Assembly (NCBI GenBank): GCA_032718475.1
Contig: JAUCBJ010001883.1
Span: 1-64,000, forward strand
Direction: 5' to 3'
Length of the DNA: 64,000 bases
DNA from: Nemertoderma westbladi
Taxonomy: Eukaryota > Animalia > Xenacoelomorpha
Each line of letters starts with the position of its first letter. The stretch's first letter is position 1. Below are positions 35,354-47,792 of the stretch, piece by piece. The notes beneath the pieces were generated by a model. The model made no database searches. It saw only the letters and a program-made list of their open reading frames with translations, and was not told where the DNA came from. Made by a program: the position numbers and the translations under genes.

Positions 35354-35715
35354 GACACATACACCCCATTAAGACCTAATACACTAATTTTAATGTTAAT
35401 GTTAATGAAATCCTGACCACCATCGATAATAATCAACAAAATAATGTCCTTAAACGTAAAATAACGAAAATGCGACCTACACTACCTTTGGTCATGGATA
35501 GAGGGCATCAGACAAGACATAAAAGTTAATAAAGTGTACATTTATGCAGGGGAGCGAACTGACACTGACAAAATCATTTGAACAATTAATTGATGTGCAT
35601 TTAATTAATTGATGTGCAATTAATTGAATTGAAAGACTACTAAGGGCAGCACTAAGCATCAACTGTATACAACATATGAACATATGACAAAACTAGATTT
35701 ATTGTACAATAGCAC

Positions 35716-36117
35716 GGTTGGGTGCAATCTTCGCCCGTGTACAACCTTCACCCGCGTCCAATCTTCTCCCGCGTACAACCTTCGCCCTGGGGAAACCTTC
35801 ACTGAGAAGGCAATCTTTGCCTGCAAATAACCTTCGCCCATTATGATTTGTGTTAGTAATCATTTTAGTTACAAATTGAGGGAAAGGAGCAGGTTACAGA
35901 GACAGCTTTTTCTAACTGAAACAATAAACGATGGTGTTACTAGTTGAGGTGAAAGGAGCAGGTTACTGAGACGGCTTTTTCTAACCAAAATATTAATTGT
36001 TTATGTTTACGTTGCTCGCTGGTGAAGGTTTCTGCCATGCGTTAGTTGTCCATTTTGAGGGTGAAGATTGGATGGACGCGGGTATAGCTTTCTCATGGGC
36101 GAAGTTATCTGCATTCC
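35716..36117. mobile_element. Mutator-type MITE carrying two copies of the 68-bp satellite unit
   Basis: 9-bp TSD caatagcac (35707-35715, 36118-36126); GG..CC ends; subterminal (a)tcttcgccc repeats. Confidence 0.75.
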
Positions 36118-36214
36118 CAATAGCACCTATATCAATTACTCATGTGAAATGTGAACACAGACTATGATTCATTGGTCATTGCATTGCTGAAGAAGTAAAG
36201 ACAAGGTCATACCA

Positions 36215-37141
36215 AATCTACTGTGACACAGAGTGACACAAAACTATTTGAAGTGTTATGGGACTCCACCTATTGGCTCCAAAAGTCGAGGAAATCCTGC
36301 CAAGTACCTAACTGATCTAGACTTTGCTGATGAATCACTAGAGGGAGCCCAATGGCTCCCCAGCTCATTAGAACAGGCTGCTTCTAGTGTTTGTCTTTTT
36401 ATTAACTCCACAATTTTGACAGTTAACTTTGCAAGTCCTCAGCAAGTCTCTGACCGGGGAGCATAAGCTCAAAGGATGGTATGCCTGAGCATGTGGACTC
36501 TTTTGTGGACTGTTCTGTTACCTGGGATCATGGATCCGGAAGTCAGGTGAGGACCTTGGAATACGTAAGGGAAAGGCATGGGCAGCCTTGAATAGGCTTT
36601 ACAGGATTTGGAAGTCGAATTGAATTAATCGGAAACTTAAGGTCCAATTATTTAGAGCAGCAGTAGTACCAGTACTCCTCTATGGGAGTCTATGCTGGGC
36701 TCTAACTCCTGAGGACACCAAATCTCTGGATGGCGCATTCACAAGAATGCTACGCCGGGTTCACTGTGTCAAGTACAATGCACACATCTCCAACCAGAGA
36801 CTATATAACAATGGAGGTGTCTCATTGGTTCCCCCAAGTTTGACACTAGAACAATGCCCCTTCCGCTTTGCAGGACATTGCTTTCGCCGTGAGGACCTGC
36901 CATTGCATAATCTTGTGCTTTGGCAGCCTCATGGAGTGAATAAGCATGGTGGGCAGCCCATGACTTTCTTGAGACGCATCTTAAAGGACACTGGCCTTGA
37001 AGATGCGGATGATCTACCAAATTGATGATTGATTGAAAATTGATTTGGTGATATGGTGTTGTGTCAGTGCAATTTTTTCAACAAGCCGGCACAGCATTCT
37101 TAAAAATACAGCTGCAATGCAGTATGCCGATCCGAGTAGTA
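36215..37141 (+). mobile_element. RTE-clade LINE 3' fragment, degenerate
   Basis: YLTDLDFAD, VVPVLLYGS, FAGHCFRR, LVLWQP; 3' UTR shared with the other copies in the window. Confidence 0.85.
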
Positions 37142-38410
37142 AATCTACTGGCGACCAATGCAGTGCAAGGTAGGCGTTCTCATGGATTACCGGATATGAC
37201 CAACTTGAATAGAATAATAGATTTGAAAGAAACGAAATCAGACAGAATGGAGAATCTAGAAGCCTGGAAACATCTCATCTCCACTGTCTGAGCTCGTTCG
37301 ACTCACAGTAGTTGTAGGAGTAGGATTGATATACAATATACGTATGGAATTATTGGAAGTGTTATTTTCTTATAAAGTGAGCGCTCTTACACTGTTGAGG
37401 AAGGATATGCATACATTTGTGCTTACATTACATATACGCATAATAGACATCATAGATGCTTATGAATTTTCCGATAGAGCGAAAGAGTGACTAAAGATAA
37501 CATGATAGGTATTATTAATGGATATATGAGGATTATAATATGGAGATTTAAGGATATCCTTGGGGTGTGAGTTGAGAACTCATACAGCCCATTCGTATAG
37601 GGTCAGTAACAATTTAGTTGAAGTAGCAGTGTGAATAATTAGTTTCTTGGTAAAAGATATAAAAATTTCCTCTTAAATAATTTATAAGATTAGTGGGGAT
37701 TAGCAGAGTAAAGTTGTACATTGTAGCATATTTTAGTGAATATATACACAATTTTTCTGCAATGTAAATTTTCATTTTTCCCTGTCATTTTTTCCGAGTT
37801 CAGCGAAATTGCCTGCCGGTTTCAGAACTAAGCCAGGGCCACTTCGGGGATAATTATTACATCGCTAATCGTGAAGAGGTGGACTAATCTGATTGTCTTT
37901 TGAGTCAGCCAAAACTGCATCAGGTAGTCCAATGTAAGTGTGTTGGTATAATTGGAATGTGCGTATGCTTTTATCCATTTAATATAATTATTGTCGGTAG
38001 TAACATGTTTAGATTATAAATGAATGTGTTTCAATTGAATGAGCATACTCATGTATCAGACTATAAGTTAGTAGGGGTTGTGGATCTGAGTAATTATATA
38101 TGCAGCTAACAGTGGCTCTTTGTAATTAAATTTATTTCAATAATGTCTGATTTTAGTGATCCTGAAAGGTCAGGAAACACCTAATTTGATGGTGGTAGCT
38201 ACATAATTTAGTTTAGTTTAACATTTATGTAAATTGATGCTCAACAATTATTGTACTGCATTGACTACATTTTCTTAGCCTTGGCTCTTGTCTGTGCATT
38301 ACGGATAACATTACATATTTTATGATTATTGCCAAATTTCAACCTTTTTTTTTTACTATATTATAGTATTCTATGGCATTTGCCATAGAATACTAAATGA
38401 ATTCCTTTAA

Positions 38411-39109
38411 GGGGGGTTACACCATTTTGGTCCCAAATATTCGAAATTATTTTTATGATCAATTATAATGCATGTTTAAAATGATGTTTCCAAATCTGTA
38501 AACTGCTATTTAATAGCTCTTTTAGTTTTCATGTTATAACAATTTCTATTTAGGGAATCCTATTGAAATTACTATGTATATGTATAATAAAGGTCGATTA
38601 TATCCAAATATTATTTTATGAAATTGTCAACTTCAAAACCCTACTATTTCTAGAATTTTTAAGCAATTAGTCTGAAAATTTCTGTGGTGTCTACATAACC
38701 ACACTGGATAAAAGTATCAGACAACTTTTCGAAATTTTTTGTTAATAAAATTTAATACTATTTATAACAAACCTAAAAATTTAGCATAAATTTGCAGCTT
38801 AATTATTTTCACAAAATTTCGCCTGATAGTTACGTTACCCCATCTTTGATCTATCATATAAAAAAACTTTCATGTGATTAGATTAAAAACTGTAAAAGTT
38901 TTAAGCGCAACCAAGGTTTTTTATTTTTAACTAGTATTAACTAATATTAAATAGCGAAAAAATTTTTTTTCAAACCTGTCATTTAGAATAGCATCTTAGG
39001 TACCTATACTCCAAATTATAGCTAAAACCAAACAATTTTGAAACGCTGAGAGTGATAAATCGAAGAGTTGTCCGAAATTGGGTTACCACCCCCCCCCCCC
39101 CCCCCCTTC
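38411..39109. mobile_element. Kolobok-like non-autonomous element
   Basis: TTAA on both sides; ggggggttacacc start and an imperfect ggttaccaccc(n) end. Confidence 0.45.
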
Positions 39110-39394
39110 TTAAGTTCTCACGTTTCCGAACTTCTTTTATATGTGAGATATTCTGAGCTTTTTTTCTGAGATTTTTTTCAAGTTTTTTTTGAGCTTTTTT
39201 TTCAAGCTTTTTTTTATCTTTCTTTCAAGCTTTATTCTAAGCTTTTTTTGGAGCTGTGGCGCCACTAACACTAACTTAAATTACTTCGTGGCTCGCCCCA
39301 AGTTACTGAACTGACTTTTTCCTACTCTTGTGCTCTTCTGATATTCTTTATTGTACTTTATTGTCTTTAGTGTACTGCTTACCGTACCGGTAGC

Positions 39395-42300
39395 TGGTAT
39401 GTCCGGCTGTCCGGTACATAGCCAGACAACTGTAGCCTGTAGGCTGAGGTAAAAGTGGATGCTGGAGCGACACAACCGGTCCGTATAATATAAGCAGAAT
39501 GCAAGCAAGATATGTAGGCCCGTGCCATAGACAGTAAGGGGGAATAATGAAATAGGCCTATACTGTATATATCCATACCAACTCCCCCTTTAGGCGATTT
39601 TGTCAGATCAAAATTGTTTCCAGTGAACCCCATACACCATATTATAGTTTAAAAATAATAAATGACTATTCTCGTGTAATAAATAATTTTTATAGTCTCC
39701 AAATCGAACAGTAGGTTTTGTTACACGAGTGCTGCGGCGTATTACGCTCTTACTTTCAGTTTCCAACTCCGGTGTTGGAACTGTTTTCTGTTGGGTTGGG
39801 TTCGGTGGTGTTTCGAGTTCAATGACCTCGTGGTAGCGACGGAGAAAACGTCTGTTTCGCCACCATGTACGACCTGAAGGTAGTTTAACGTGGTAGTCTC
39901 GTCGTTTTCCGGCCCCAACTATAATACCGACACGATCCCAACGTTTAGATCTGGAGTCTTGGAGGCGAACTTTTGTGCCTATTAGGAATGGTTTGAGGTC
40001 CCGCGCCGTTGAATTGTAGTGTTTGACGGCTTTCTCGCGAATAGTTTCGTGTCGTGCGTCAGCTGTCTCGGCTGACTGCTGCCACTTCGGGTCAAATGAA
40101 GTGTGATGGGCTGGTACACGCGATCGCAGGTTGCGCCCAAAAACGATCTGGCTTGGTGAGCGACCATCCGCGTGTGGTGTGTTCCGTACCTCGAGTAAAC
40201 CTTCGAGGAATTCCTCAGAATTTATGTCTGAGGTTGTCGTTTTTGCCAATAGACCTTTAATGAGTTTTACGTGGCATTCCGCGTGCCGGTTACTGGACGG
40301 AAAATGCGGCGTACTAGGCGCCCATTCGACCCCCCAACGTTGCAGGAATTTCCTAAAGTTGGATGCGGCGAATTGAGGTCCTCCATCGCTTCGAAGTTTG
40401 GTTGGAACGCCTAAGTCGACGAAACATTTCCGTAACACGCTGACGACTTGTTGTGATGTTGGGTCATTACGCCATTGACCAACGAGTGGATAGCCAGATA
40501 ATAAATCTGTGTAAACAATGTAGTGTCGGCCGGCGAGAGAGAATAGGTCTGTCGATGCGTGTTCGAAGGGTCTGGTTGGCTGTGGGTCAGTAACCAACGT
40601 CTCCTTCGGCAGGCTCGGTAGTCGTTCTTGGCACTGATGACATTGCTGAACCATTTGGATTATGTCGTTGTTTATTCCCGGCCAGTAGACTGCGGACAGC
40701 GCTCTTTGTTTCGTCCGCGTCATACCCTGGTGGGCGGCGTGTAGGCGTTCTAGAATTTTGGCTCGTTTCGCACTAGGTATAACCAGGCGTGGACCATATA
40801 ATACCAGGCCGTTATCTACGGAGAGTTCGTTATGTATGGATTTAAATTGCTGGACGAATCCGGAGGTGTGGTTTTCAGTTGTGAATCCGCTTAGGATTTC
40901 AGTAACTAATTGCTGATAGGCCTTATCGTTTAAGGCTACCTTCCGGATTTCCTCGATAACGGGGTCTGTTGTAGGTGGTTCTAGAACGTTTTCAGGATCT
41001 AAGTCCCGAGTATTAGTTAATGCTATCCGTATAGCTGCTATGGTTCTTGTGACATCTTCATCTTCCTTTAATAATTCATCAGTGGTATCGGGGTCATCCA
41101 CTGGAGCTCGGCTGAGACAGTCTGCAATTTTATTGTCTTTACCTTTTTGCCACACTAATTCAAATTGATATTTCGATTGCAGCTGAGCTTTAATTCGCTG
41201 GAGTTTTGTATTATCGACTTGATCCAGGGTTTGTTTATTGAAGATTGAAAGTAAAGGCCGATGGTCAGTCATAACCTTAAAACTTTCTAATCCAGCTAAA
41301 TATAGGTGGCATTTACTCATTGCATATTTTATAGCAATGGCTTCCAATTCTATTGTGGCATACCGGGTTTCGGCGTCCGATATAAATCGGCTTCCACAGG
41401 CAATGAGCTTCCATTTATTATTATTATTTTGCAGTAAATCGAAGCCAAATCCGTGCAGTCGACTGGCGTCTACTTCTAACCGTGTTTCAGCGTGCGGATC
41501 GAAGGGTACCAGGATTGGAGGTTTTAGAAGTGTGTATTTAACAGCCTCGAATGCATTATCATGCATTATTTCCCATGTAAAATGGTTGCGAGTTCGTAGT
41601 AACTCGCGCAACGGAGTCGCTGCAGCGCTGACTTCCGAGGAAAAGCAACCGAGTTGGTTAACGAGTCCCATAAAACTTCTGAGTTCACTTATGTTAGTTG
41701 GTTTGGGAAACTCGGAGATTGCCTTTACTTTGTTGGGGTCTGCCTCGATGCCATTGTGTGAAACGATATATCCTGCAAACTTTACTCGTTCTTGAGCGAA
41801 GTTGAACTTTTCAGGATGGAGGGTGATGCCAAAATCCCGACAGCGTTGTAGAACCGAACGAACGCGTTCAACGTGAGTGTCAAACTCGACATCCTCGATG
41901 AGTAGGTCGTCTACGATTTTATTTATGTTGGCCATACCCTCAAAAGCCATGTCTCCCCTATAATTATATGAGTCCCCGGTGGATATGAAGCCCATCGGGG
42001 CCCGGCAGTACCGGAACCGGCCCCACGGCGTTAAGAAGGTAGTGAGGTCTCGCGATCCTTCCGCCAACTCGACTTGCCAATAACCAGACTTAGCGTCGAT
42101 TTTTGTGAAATAACGCGCGTCTGGTGTGCGGTCTGAGACAACGTCGAAAGGAGTTTTGGCATTGTGTATAGTTCGTTTCACCTGATTATTTAATTTGGTA
42201 AGGTCAACCGTGATGCGAATTTCATCCGGTCGACCGGGTTTGGGGCAAACAACCATGGGATGACACCAATCTGTGGCCCGGTCACCCACCCGTTCAATGA

Positions 42301-44569
42301 TGCCTTTGTCCAACATGTCGTTGAGTTCGGCATGGGCTTTATCTCTGTACGCGTAGGGTATAGAGCGGGTGGCGTAGATGCAGAAAGGTTTTGCACCTTC
42401 CTTGACTTCTATAGTCATAGGGGGACCCAGCATCGGTTTAAGTTGGCCTTTGATGGCAAAGACGTCACTAAACTCTTCCAGAAGTTTTTGTTTTATTTTG
42501 TCTACGAGTTCAGCATCTATGTTAATAGGTGCAACCACTTTATTTTCCTTCACTAAATGGAGTGGTGTGGGGAATTCGTCGTGGACGATGTTGAAGGCTT
42601 TACAAGCTATAAAGGAAAGATAAATATCTTTAATTCCGTCACAAATATAAACCCATTCGTTGTAACGCATGTTTTCAATCTGTAGAGTTAGTTTTAAACG
42701 TCCTATACATTTTATTGGATTGCTGTTTATTGCTTCCAGTGGCTCGTCTAATTCTCTAAGTTTATTTATAGATATACCGAGGCGATTTAGAATACCGATT
42801 CCGCCAGCGGTGACGTCTGCGCCGGTGTCTGCAATGCAAGCGCTTGTTGTTAGCAGTTTCCCCGTACCGGTATGCACGAATTGTACGGAGATGCGACGTT
42901 TACCGGCCTCCCGGGCTAGTTCGCGTGGTTCGACGCCAATTTTCGCGAGGGAAATCGCACCGGAAGTTGCCTTCTTTGGTTGGCGACATAGATGGGTGAA
43001 GTGGCCGATACGTTCGCATTTTTTGCATTCGCGGCCAATGGCTTTACACGGTTTATCTTTCTCGTGAGGCCAAACTCCACCACATTTCCAGCAGCGATTA
43101 TTGTCTCGTATTTGTGGATGGGGTTTGAATTGTCGACCTTTACTGGAGCTCCGTTGGCTATCTGACTTACTAAAATTACGCCCTCGGTTCTGAGGTTTAA
43201 CTGCGTTAACTTTGTATGTCAGTCGTTGATCTTCCCGAACAGCCAGCTCCCGATTACGGCAAAAATCGACAGTTTCATCGCGGGATAGGGCAGGCCTTTT
43301 ACCCAAAAGTTCCTGGCGTACCTCCTCATCCCGTATACCGCAAACTATTAAAGTGGAGATCCAGTCCTCCTTTGTCATAACTTCGATGTTTGCGTCATCC
43401 ACCAGTTCGCACAACTGAATGTAGTAATCGTCGAACGACTGTTTGTCTTCCTGTTTAGTCCGTACCAGTTTGTAGCGGTCTACAGTTATATTCTGTTGTG
43501 CGCGGAGGTGTTCCCGTATTTTTACGAGGATTTCGTCCATTGACAGTCGGGTATCTTGAGGAATTTTGACAGCATAATGCATCCGGTTCAGGAAATCAGG
43601 GCTGCAGTATGAAAAGAACGTTGCCACCTGATCTTCCATAGGTTTGCTGTCGAGTTTTGTCACCCAGGCATAATTGCGCCATGTTGTCTCCCACCGTTTA
43701 AATGTTTTGTAGGAAACGTCATCCTCGATAATGTTTGGCGGGTGTACAGTGAGTTTGGTTGCCTCGCGGTCTTGGGGACGTCTGGAGCTTCCGTGCGTTG
43801 CCGATCCCGGGCCCGCAGCTGCAATTACGTCGCGCTCTTCCCGCAATCCCTCAAGTAAACGCTGTTGGTTTTGATCGACGAGGTAGAGGAGTTGTCTGTG
43901 CTCTTCCGCCCGTTCTCGTCGTTCAACCCGCTGTTCTTCCATTCGTTTAGCATCCTGGTCGACAAAGTGCGCGAGGAGTTTAGCTAAATCGGAACCTCCG
44001 ACTTCTCCGGTTTGTTCAGGTTCTGATTCTGCTCCTTCTACGAACTTTAGCAACCGTTTTCTAAGAACCGTTGTTGCCGTTCTGTCGCTGTACTTAATTC
44101 CGGCATTTGCGAGGTGTGCTTTAATAGTCGCCCGGTCAAGGTGTTCTATCGAAGCTGGATCAATTTCCCACGTTTCATCCTGGGTTGGGAGTTCGTCCAT
44201 CACGCAAATTAAATATGTTTTTTTTTTATATATGAAATTTCAAATTATTAATTAGCAAGCAAATAACGTCAGAACGTGCAGACGTGCAGTCGATCGATGA
44301 TCGATCGGTGATATTGCAGTGCAGTTTATTGCGTAAGTTCAAGCGCAGCGCGGTACTGGTACTGCGCCTATCTCACTGCGCCATGGTATGTCCGGCTGTC
44401 CGGTACATAGCCAGACAACTGCAGCCTGTAGGCTGAGGTAAAAGTGGATGCTGGAGCGACACAACCGGTCCGTATAATATAAGCAGAATGCAAGCAAGAT
44501 ATGTAGGCCCGTGCCATAGACAGTAAGGGGGAATAATGAAATAGGCCTATACTGTATATATCCATACCA
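39395..44569 (-). mobile_element. Young, intact Gypsy (Mag-like) LTR retrotransposon
   Basis: 186-bp LTRs (39395-39580, 44384-44569) differing at one position I could find; TSD GTAGC; PBS tggcgcagtga (tRNA-Ser type); PPT aaagggggag. Confidence 0.95.
39608..44200 (-). CDS. Gag-Pol polyprotein of the Mag-like element (about 1530 aa, uninterrupted)
   Basis: Two CCHC knuckles; protease ADTGAD; RT DAKSGYWQ and IVDD; RNase H DAS, YATIELE, TDHRPL; integrase H-H-C-C, DLF, SDGGPQF. Confidence 0.95.
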   Translation of the reverse strand: MDELPTQDETWEIDPASIEHLDRATIKAHLANAGIKYSDRTATTVLRKRLLKFVEGAESEPEQTGEVGGSDLAKLLAHFVDQDAKRMEEQRVERRERAEEHRQLLYLVDQNQQRLLEGLREERDVIAAAGPGSATHGSSRRPQDREATKLTVHPPNIIEDDVSYKTFKRWETTWRNYAWVTKLDSKPMEDQVATFFSYCSPDFLNRMHYAVKIPQDTRLSMDEILVKIREHLRAQQNITVDRYKLVRTKQEDKQSFDDYYIQLCELVDDANIEVMTKEDWISTLIVCGIRDEEVRQELLGKRPALSRDETVDFCRNRELAVREDQRLTYKVNAVKPQNRGRNFSKSDSQRSSSKGRQFKPHPQIRDNNRCWKCGGVWPHEKDKPCKAIGRECKKCERIGHFTHLCRQPKKATSGAISLAKIGVEPRELAREAGKRRISVQFVHTGTGKLLTTSACIADTGADVTAGGIGILNRLGISINKLRELDEPLEAINSNPIKCIGRLKLTLQIENMRYNEWVYICDGIKDIYLSFIACKAFNIVHDEFPTPLHLVKENKVVAPINIDAELVDKIKQKLLEEFSDVFAIKGQLKPMLGPPMTIEVKEGAKPFCIYATRSIPYAYRDKAHAELNDMLDKGIIERVGDRATDWCHPMVVCPKPGRPDEIRITVDLTKLNNQVKRTIHNAKTPFDVVSDRTPDARYFTKIDAKSGYWQVELAEGSRDLTTFLTPWGRFRYCRAPMGFISTGDSYNYRGDMAFEGMANINKIVDDLLIEDVEFDTHVERVRSVLQRCRDFGITLHPEKFNFAQERVKFAGYIVSHNGIEADPNKVKAISEFPKPTNISELRSFMGLVNQLGCFSSEVSAAATPLRELLRTRNHFTWEIMHDNAFEAVKYTLLKPPILVPFDPHAETRLEVDASRLHGFGFDLLQNNNNKWKLIACGSRFISDAETRYATIELEAIAIKYAMSKCHLYLAGLESFKVMTDHRPLLSIFNKQTLDQVDNTKLQRIKAQLQSKYQFELVWQKGKDNKIADCLSRAPVDDPDTTDELLKEDEDVTRTIAAIRIALTNTRDLDPENVLEPPTTDPVIEEIRKVALNDKAYQQLVTEILSGFTTENHTSGFVQQFKSIHNELSVDNGLVLYGPRLVIPSAKRAKILERLHAAHQGMTRTKQRALSAVYWPGINNDIIQMVQQCHQCQERLPSLPKETLVTDPQPTRPFEHASTDLFSLAGRHYIVYTDLLSGYPLVGQWRNDPTSQQVVSVLRKCFVDLGVPTKLRSDGGPQFAASNFRKFLQRWGVEWAPSTPHFPSSNRHAECHVKLIKGLLAKTTTSDINSEEFLEGLLEVRNTPHADGRSPSQIVFGRNLRSRVPAHHTSFDPKWQQSAETADARHETIREKAVKHYNSTARDLKPFLIGTKVRLQDSRSKRWDRVGIIVGAGKRRDYHVKLPSGRTWWRNRRFLRRYHEVIELETPPNPTQQKTVPTPELETESKSVIRRSTRVTKPTVRFGDYKNYLLHENSHLLFLNYNMVYGVHWKQF

Positions 44570-44686
44570 GTAGCTTAATAATAATATATTTTCCTCTAGA
44601 GATTATTATTAAACAACTCTTGTCCCAAATTTACTTATTTCTGAATTTAAGATTGGTGACCCAGACTTTGAACTACAAGTTTTAAG

Positions 44687-47600
44687 ATGGAACAATCCGA
44701 CATCCTAGCCCTTGCTCACGCACAGGGCCGTATTCAGGGGTGGGGGGCGGGGGGGGGGGGGGGGGGGGGGGAGGCCCCAGACCCCCACCATGACCCCACA
44801 ACTATAGGGATCGACCGAACTAGAGGAGTCGAACCGGAACCAAAATGATACCAAACATGGCAATTTTGAATTTTGCCACTTATTTTTCCCAAAATATATA
44901 TGAAAAACAAAAAGTTAGTGTGAAAAACAGTAAATATTTTTGTAGCTTATGAAAGTACCGGTATATTTTTTACACTTTCAATTCTTGCATTTTTGGATCA
45001 GATGTTTTTATACTGATAAAAACATGAACATGCTTCAAATTTATAATTTCCACGTCTAATAGGCCCTATATAGGGATGTGAGTTTTTCTGAAATGTGTTT
45101 TTCAAGGAAATTTAGAAAAATTCCGGAAAAGTTTCTGGAAAAATTTCATCCGTAGTTACGACCACAAGAGACAGGACAAGAACCACCTACTGTAAACACA
45201 TCTAAGCAGGAATCCATTGTTTCTAGTGTTTACTCTACTTGTGTTTTACTATATGTTTTCAGAATGAGCTAAATAGAATAATTAATAAAATAGGAATTTT
45301 CTGAGGAAAATGTATAGGAAATTTCCGGAAAAATGTATAGGAAATTTCCAAATTTTTACATCTACCAGTCTACATTCAGGTTTATTTGAAAGGTATACAG
45401 TTGAGCCCAGGCCCCCCACCACTGACCCGGCCCCAGGCCACCCATCAATGACCCGGACCCAGTCCCCCCACCACTGACCCGGACCCAGGCCACCCACCAC
45501 TCTAAATCCTTAAAATCTGCTCACACACTCAAGGACCTTCAACCGTCCGCCCCAGGGACCATCAATGCCGTCGCTATCAAATTGCCTGACTTCTGGACCG
45601 ATAATCCGGACATTTGGTTCTCGCGCGTCGAGGCCCAGTTTGCCACCCGTGCAATTGTGGCCGATGACACTAAGTTCAATTACGTGGTGACTGCACTAGA
45701 CAATGTGATGGCTTCGGAGGTCTGGGCCACACTGTTAAACCCACCTACCACCAACAAATATGATGCGATCAAGCTGGATTGGACTAGCGGCGCTCGACTT
45801 CCTGGGCTACCATATTACTCCTCGGGGTGTCCACCCTTTCCCTGACAGGGTCTCAGCTATCAAAGACTTTCCAGTCCCCACCTTCAGAGCCACACTACAG
45901 CGCTTCTTAGGCATGATTAACTACTACCACCGATTCATGCCCAAGATCGCCGGACAACTTGCACCACTCCACACTGCTTCTAGCTTTTGGACCCCCGAGT
46001 GTCAGAGTTCGTTCGAAGCTGCCAGGTTGGCCTTGGCCACAGCTTCTCTCCTGCACCATCCTCGGACTGACTCAGCCACCAGCATCATGATTGATGCTTC
46101 GGAAGTCGCGGTGGGAACACAACTTGAACAACTCCAGAAAGGCAGGTGGGTCCCGATTGCATTCTTCTCGAAGAAACTCTCAGTCGATGAGTAGAAATAC
46201 AGTGCCTTTGATCGGGAACTCCTCACCGCAAACCTTGCTGTTAAACACTTTGCTCACTTCGTCAAGGGACATAGGTTCACCCTCTACACAGACCATAAAC
46301 CATTGACATTCACAATGTCTAGTACCACTGATCGCTCACCTCGACAGACTCGTCACCTCTCATATATTGCTGAATTTACAACTGACTTATAATACATCCA
46401 AGGCAAACACAACATGGTAGCAGATGCCTCTCCTGAGTTGAGAGCTACTTGGACGAATCCATTTCCATATTCCGATTCAGTCCCAGTATATCTGTGACAT
46501 CCACATTACACTATAACACCCTAGCCAATGCGCAGGCTGACAGTGTAGACAAAATGGCTGCCTACCGTACCACTATATCTGGTCTCGTGCTCCGTGACAT
46601 CCCATTCAGTGCAGTGACTGTGCTCTGTGATATCTCTACAGGCTCACCCCGTCCAATCCTACCAAGCGAGTGGAGGCGGCGCGATTTCGACTTGATCCAC
46701 AACCTCTCGCACATGGGCATCTGGCCCAAGCAGAAGGCCATGGCCTCCAGGTTCGTTTGGCATGATTTAAAACATGATGTCTGCCATTTTGGCCATGACT
46801 GCCAAAGCTCCAAAATCCATTACCATGTCCAAGCCCCCCTCAACATCCACATTCCACCGAGCGATCGCCTCAGCAGCCTCCACATCGACTTAGTGGGTCC
46901 CCTACCAGAGAGTGAAGAGATGATATATCTTCTCACCATCATCGACCGCTTTACCAGCTGGCCAGAGGTGATCCCTATGCCCAAATCAGTTACGACAACA
47001 ATTGCTAAAAACTTTATCCGGCATTGGATATCCCGTTTTGGCATCCCCTTAGATATCACCTCTGATCGGGGATCACAGTTCATATCGGAACTTTGGGCTG
47101 AAGTGAATAAACTGCTGGGCACTGCAGTGTTCCAAACCACAGCATACCACCCGCAGGCCAATGGCATGGTCGAGCGCCTGCACAGACAACTCAAGGCTGC
47201 CATCAAGGCCCGTACTACAGGCCCTAACTTGATGAATGAGTTACCACTCATCATGCTCGGCATCCGTTCAGCCTGGCGAGAGGATCTGGACTGCTCACCA
47301 GCCGACCTGGTATATGGAGAATCACTCCACCTCCCAGGCGAGTTCTTCCAGTCGCGTGACTCCCGCACCTATCAGCCAACCGAGGCTTTCGCCCGTCAAC
47401 TGCAGACTGACATGCGCAAAGCACTCCCACCCCCTCCAACTCATCATTCCGAATGTACACTGCACATGCCAGCACACCTCGCAGCCACTGGCTATGTCTA
47501 CATTCACGTAGATAAGGTCAAAGGACCGCAGGTGCAGCCATACAAAGGACCCTTCAAGATCCTGGCCCAGCATCACCAGTACTACACCCTCAATGTGAAG

Positions 47601-47792
47601 GGCAAACAGGATAATGTTTCCATCGATAGATTTAAGCCAGCCTATGTATCACGTCCACCTCCTCCTCCCTTCTCAAAAGTATCAGCTCCACCAGCTGTAC
47701 CACAACCCTCTCCCGTGCCGCAGCTGACTTCCAGGTCTGGCCGAGCTGTCAGACAGCCGGTTCGTTTCCAGGCAGCTACCATCACATCATAG
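44687..47792 (+). pseudogene. Disrupted gag-pol of the outer Gypsy: gag interrupted by a MITE; internal deletion removing protease and most of RT; RNase H and integrase remain
   Basis: KLPDFWTDNPDIWFSRVEAQF (gag) is fused near 45770 to DFLGYHI (RT end); DAS, YSAFDREL, HIDLVGPLP, SDRGSQF, YHPQANGMVERLHR. Confidence 0.85.
44723..45519. mobile_element. hAT-type MITE inserted in the outer gag
   Basis: Starts cagggccgtatt; 8-bp TSD ctcacgca/ctcacaca; removing it restores the frame MEQSDILALAHA|LKDLQPSAPGTINAVAIKLP. Confidence 0.8.

Noticed and set aside
44737-44774. Long G/C homopolymers (also 1-27, 5717-5742, 6045-6060, 6815-6837, 39089-39106) as telomeric or regulatory signals
   Set aside because: Most sit at the ends of MITEs, and their lengths are unreliable in assemblies.
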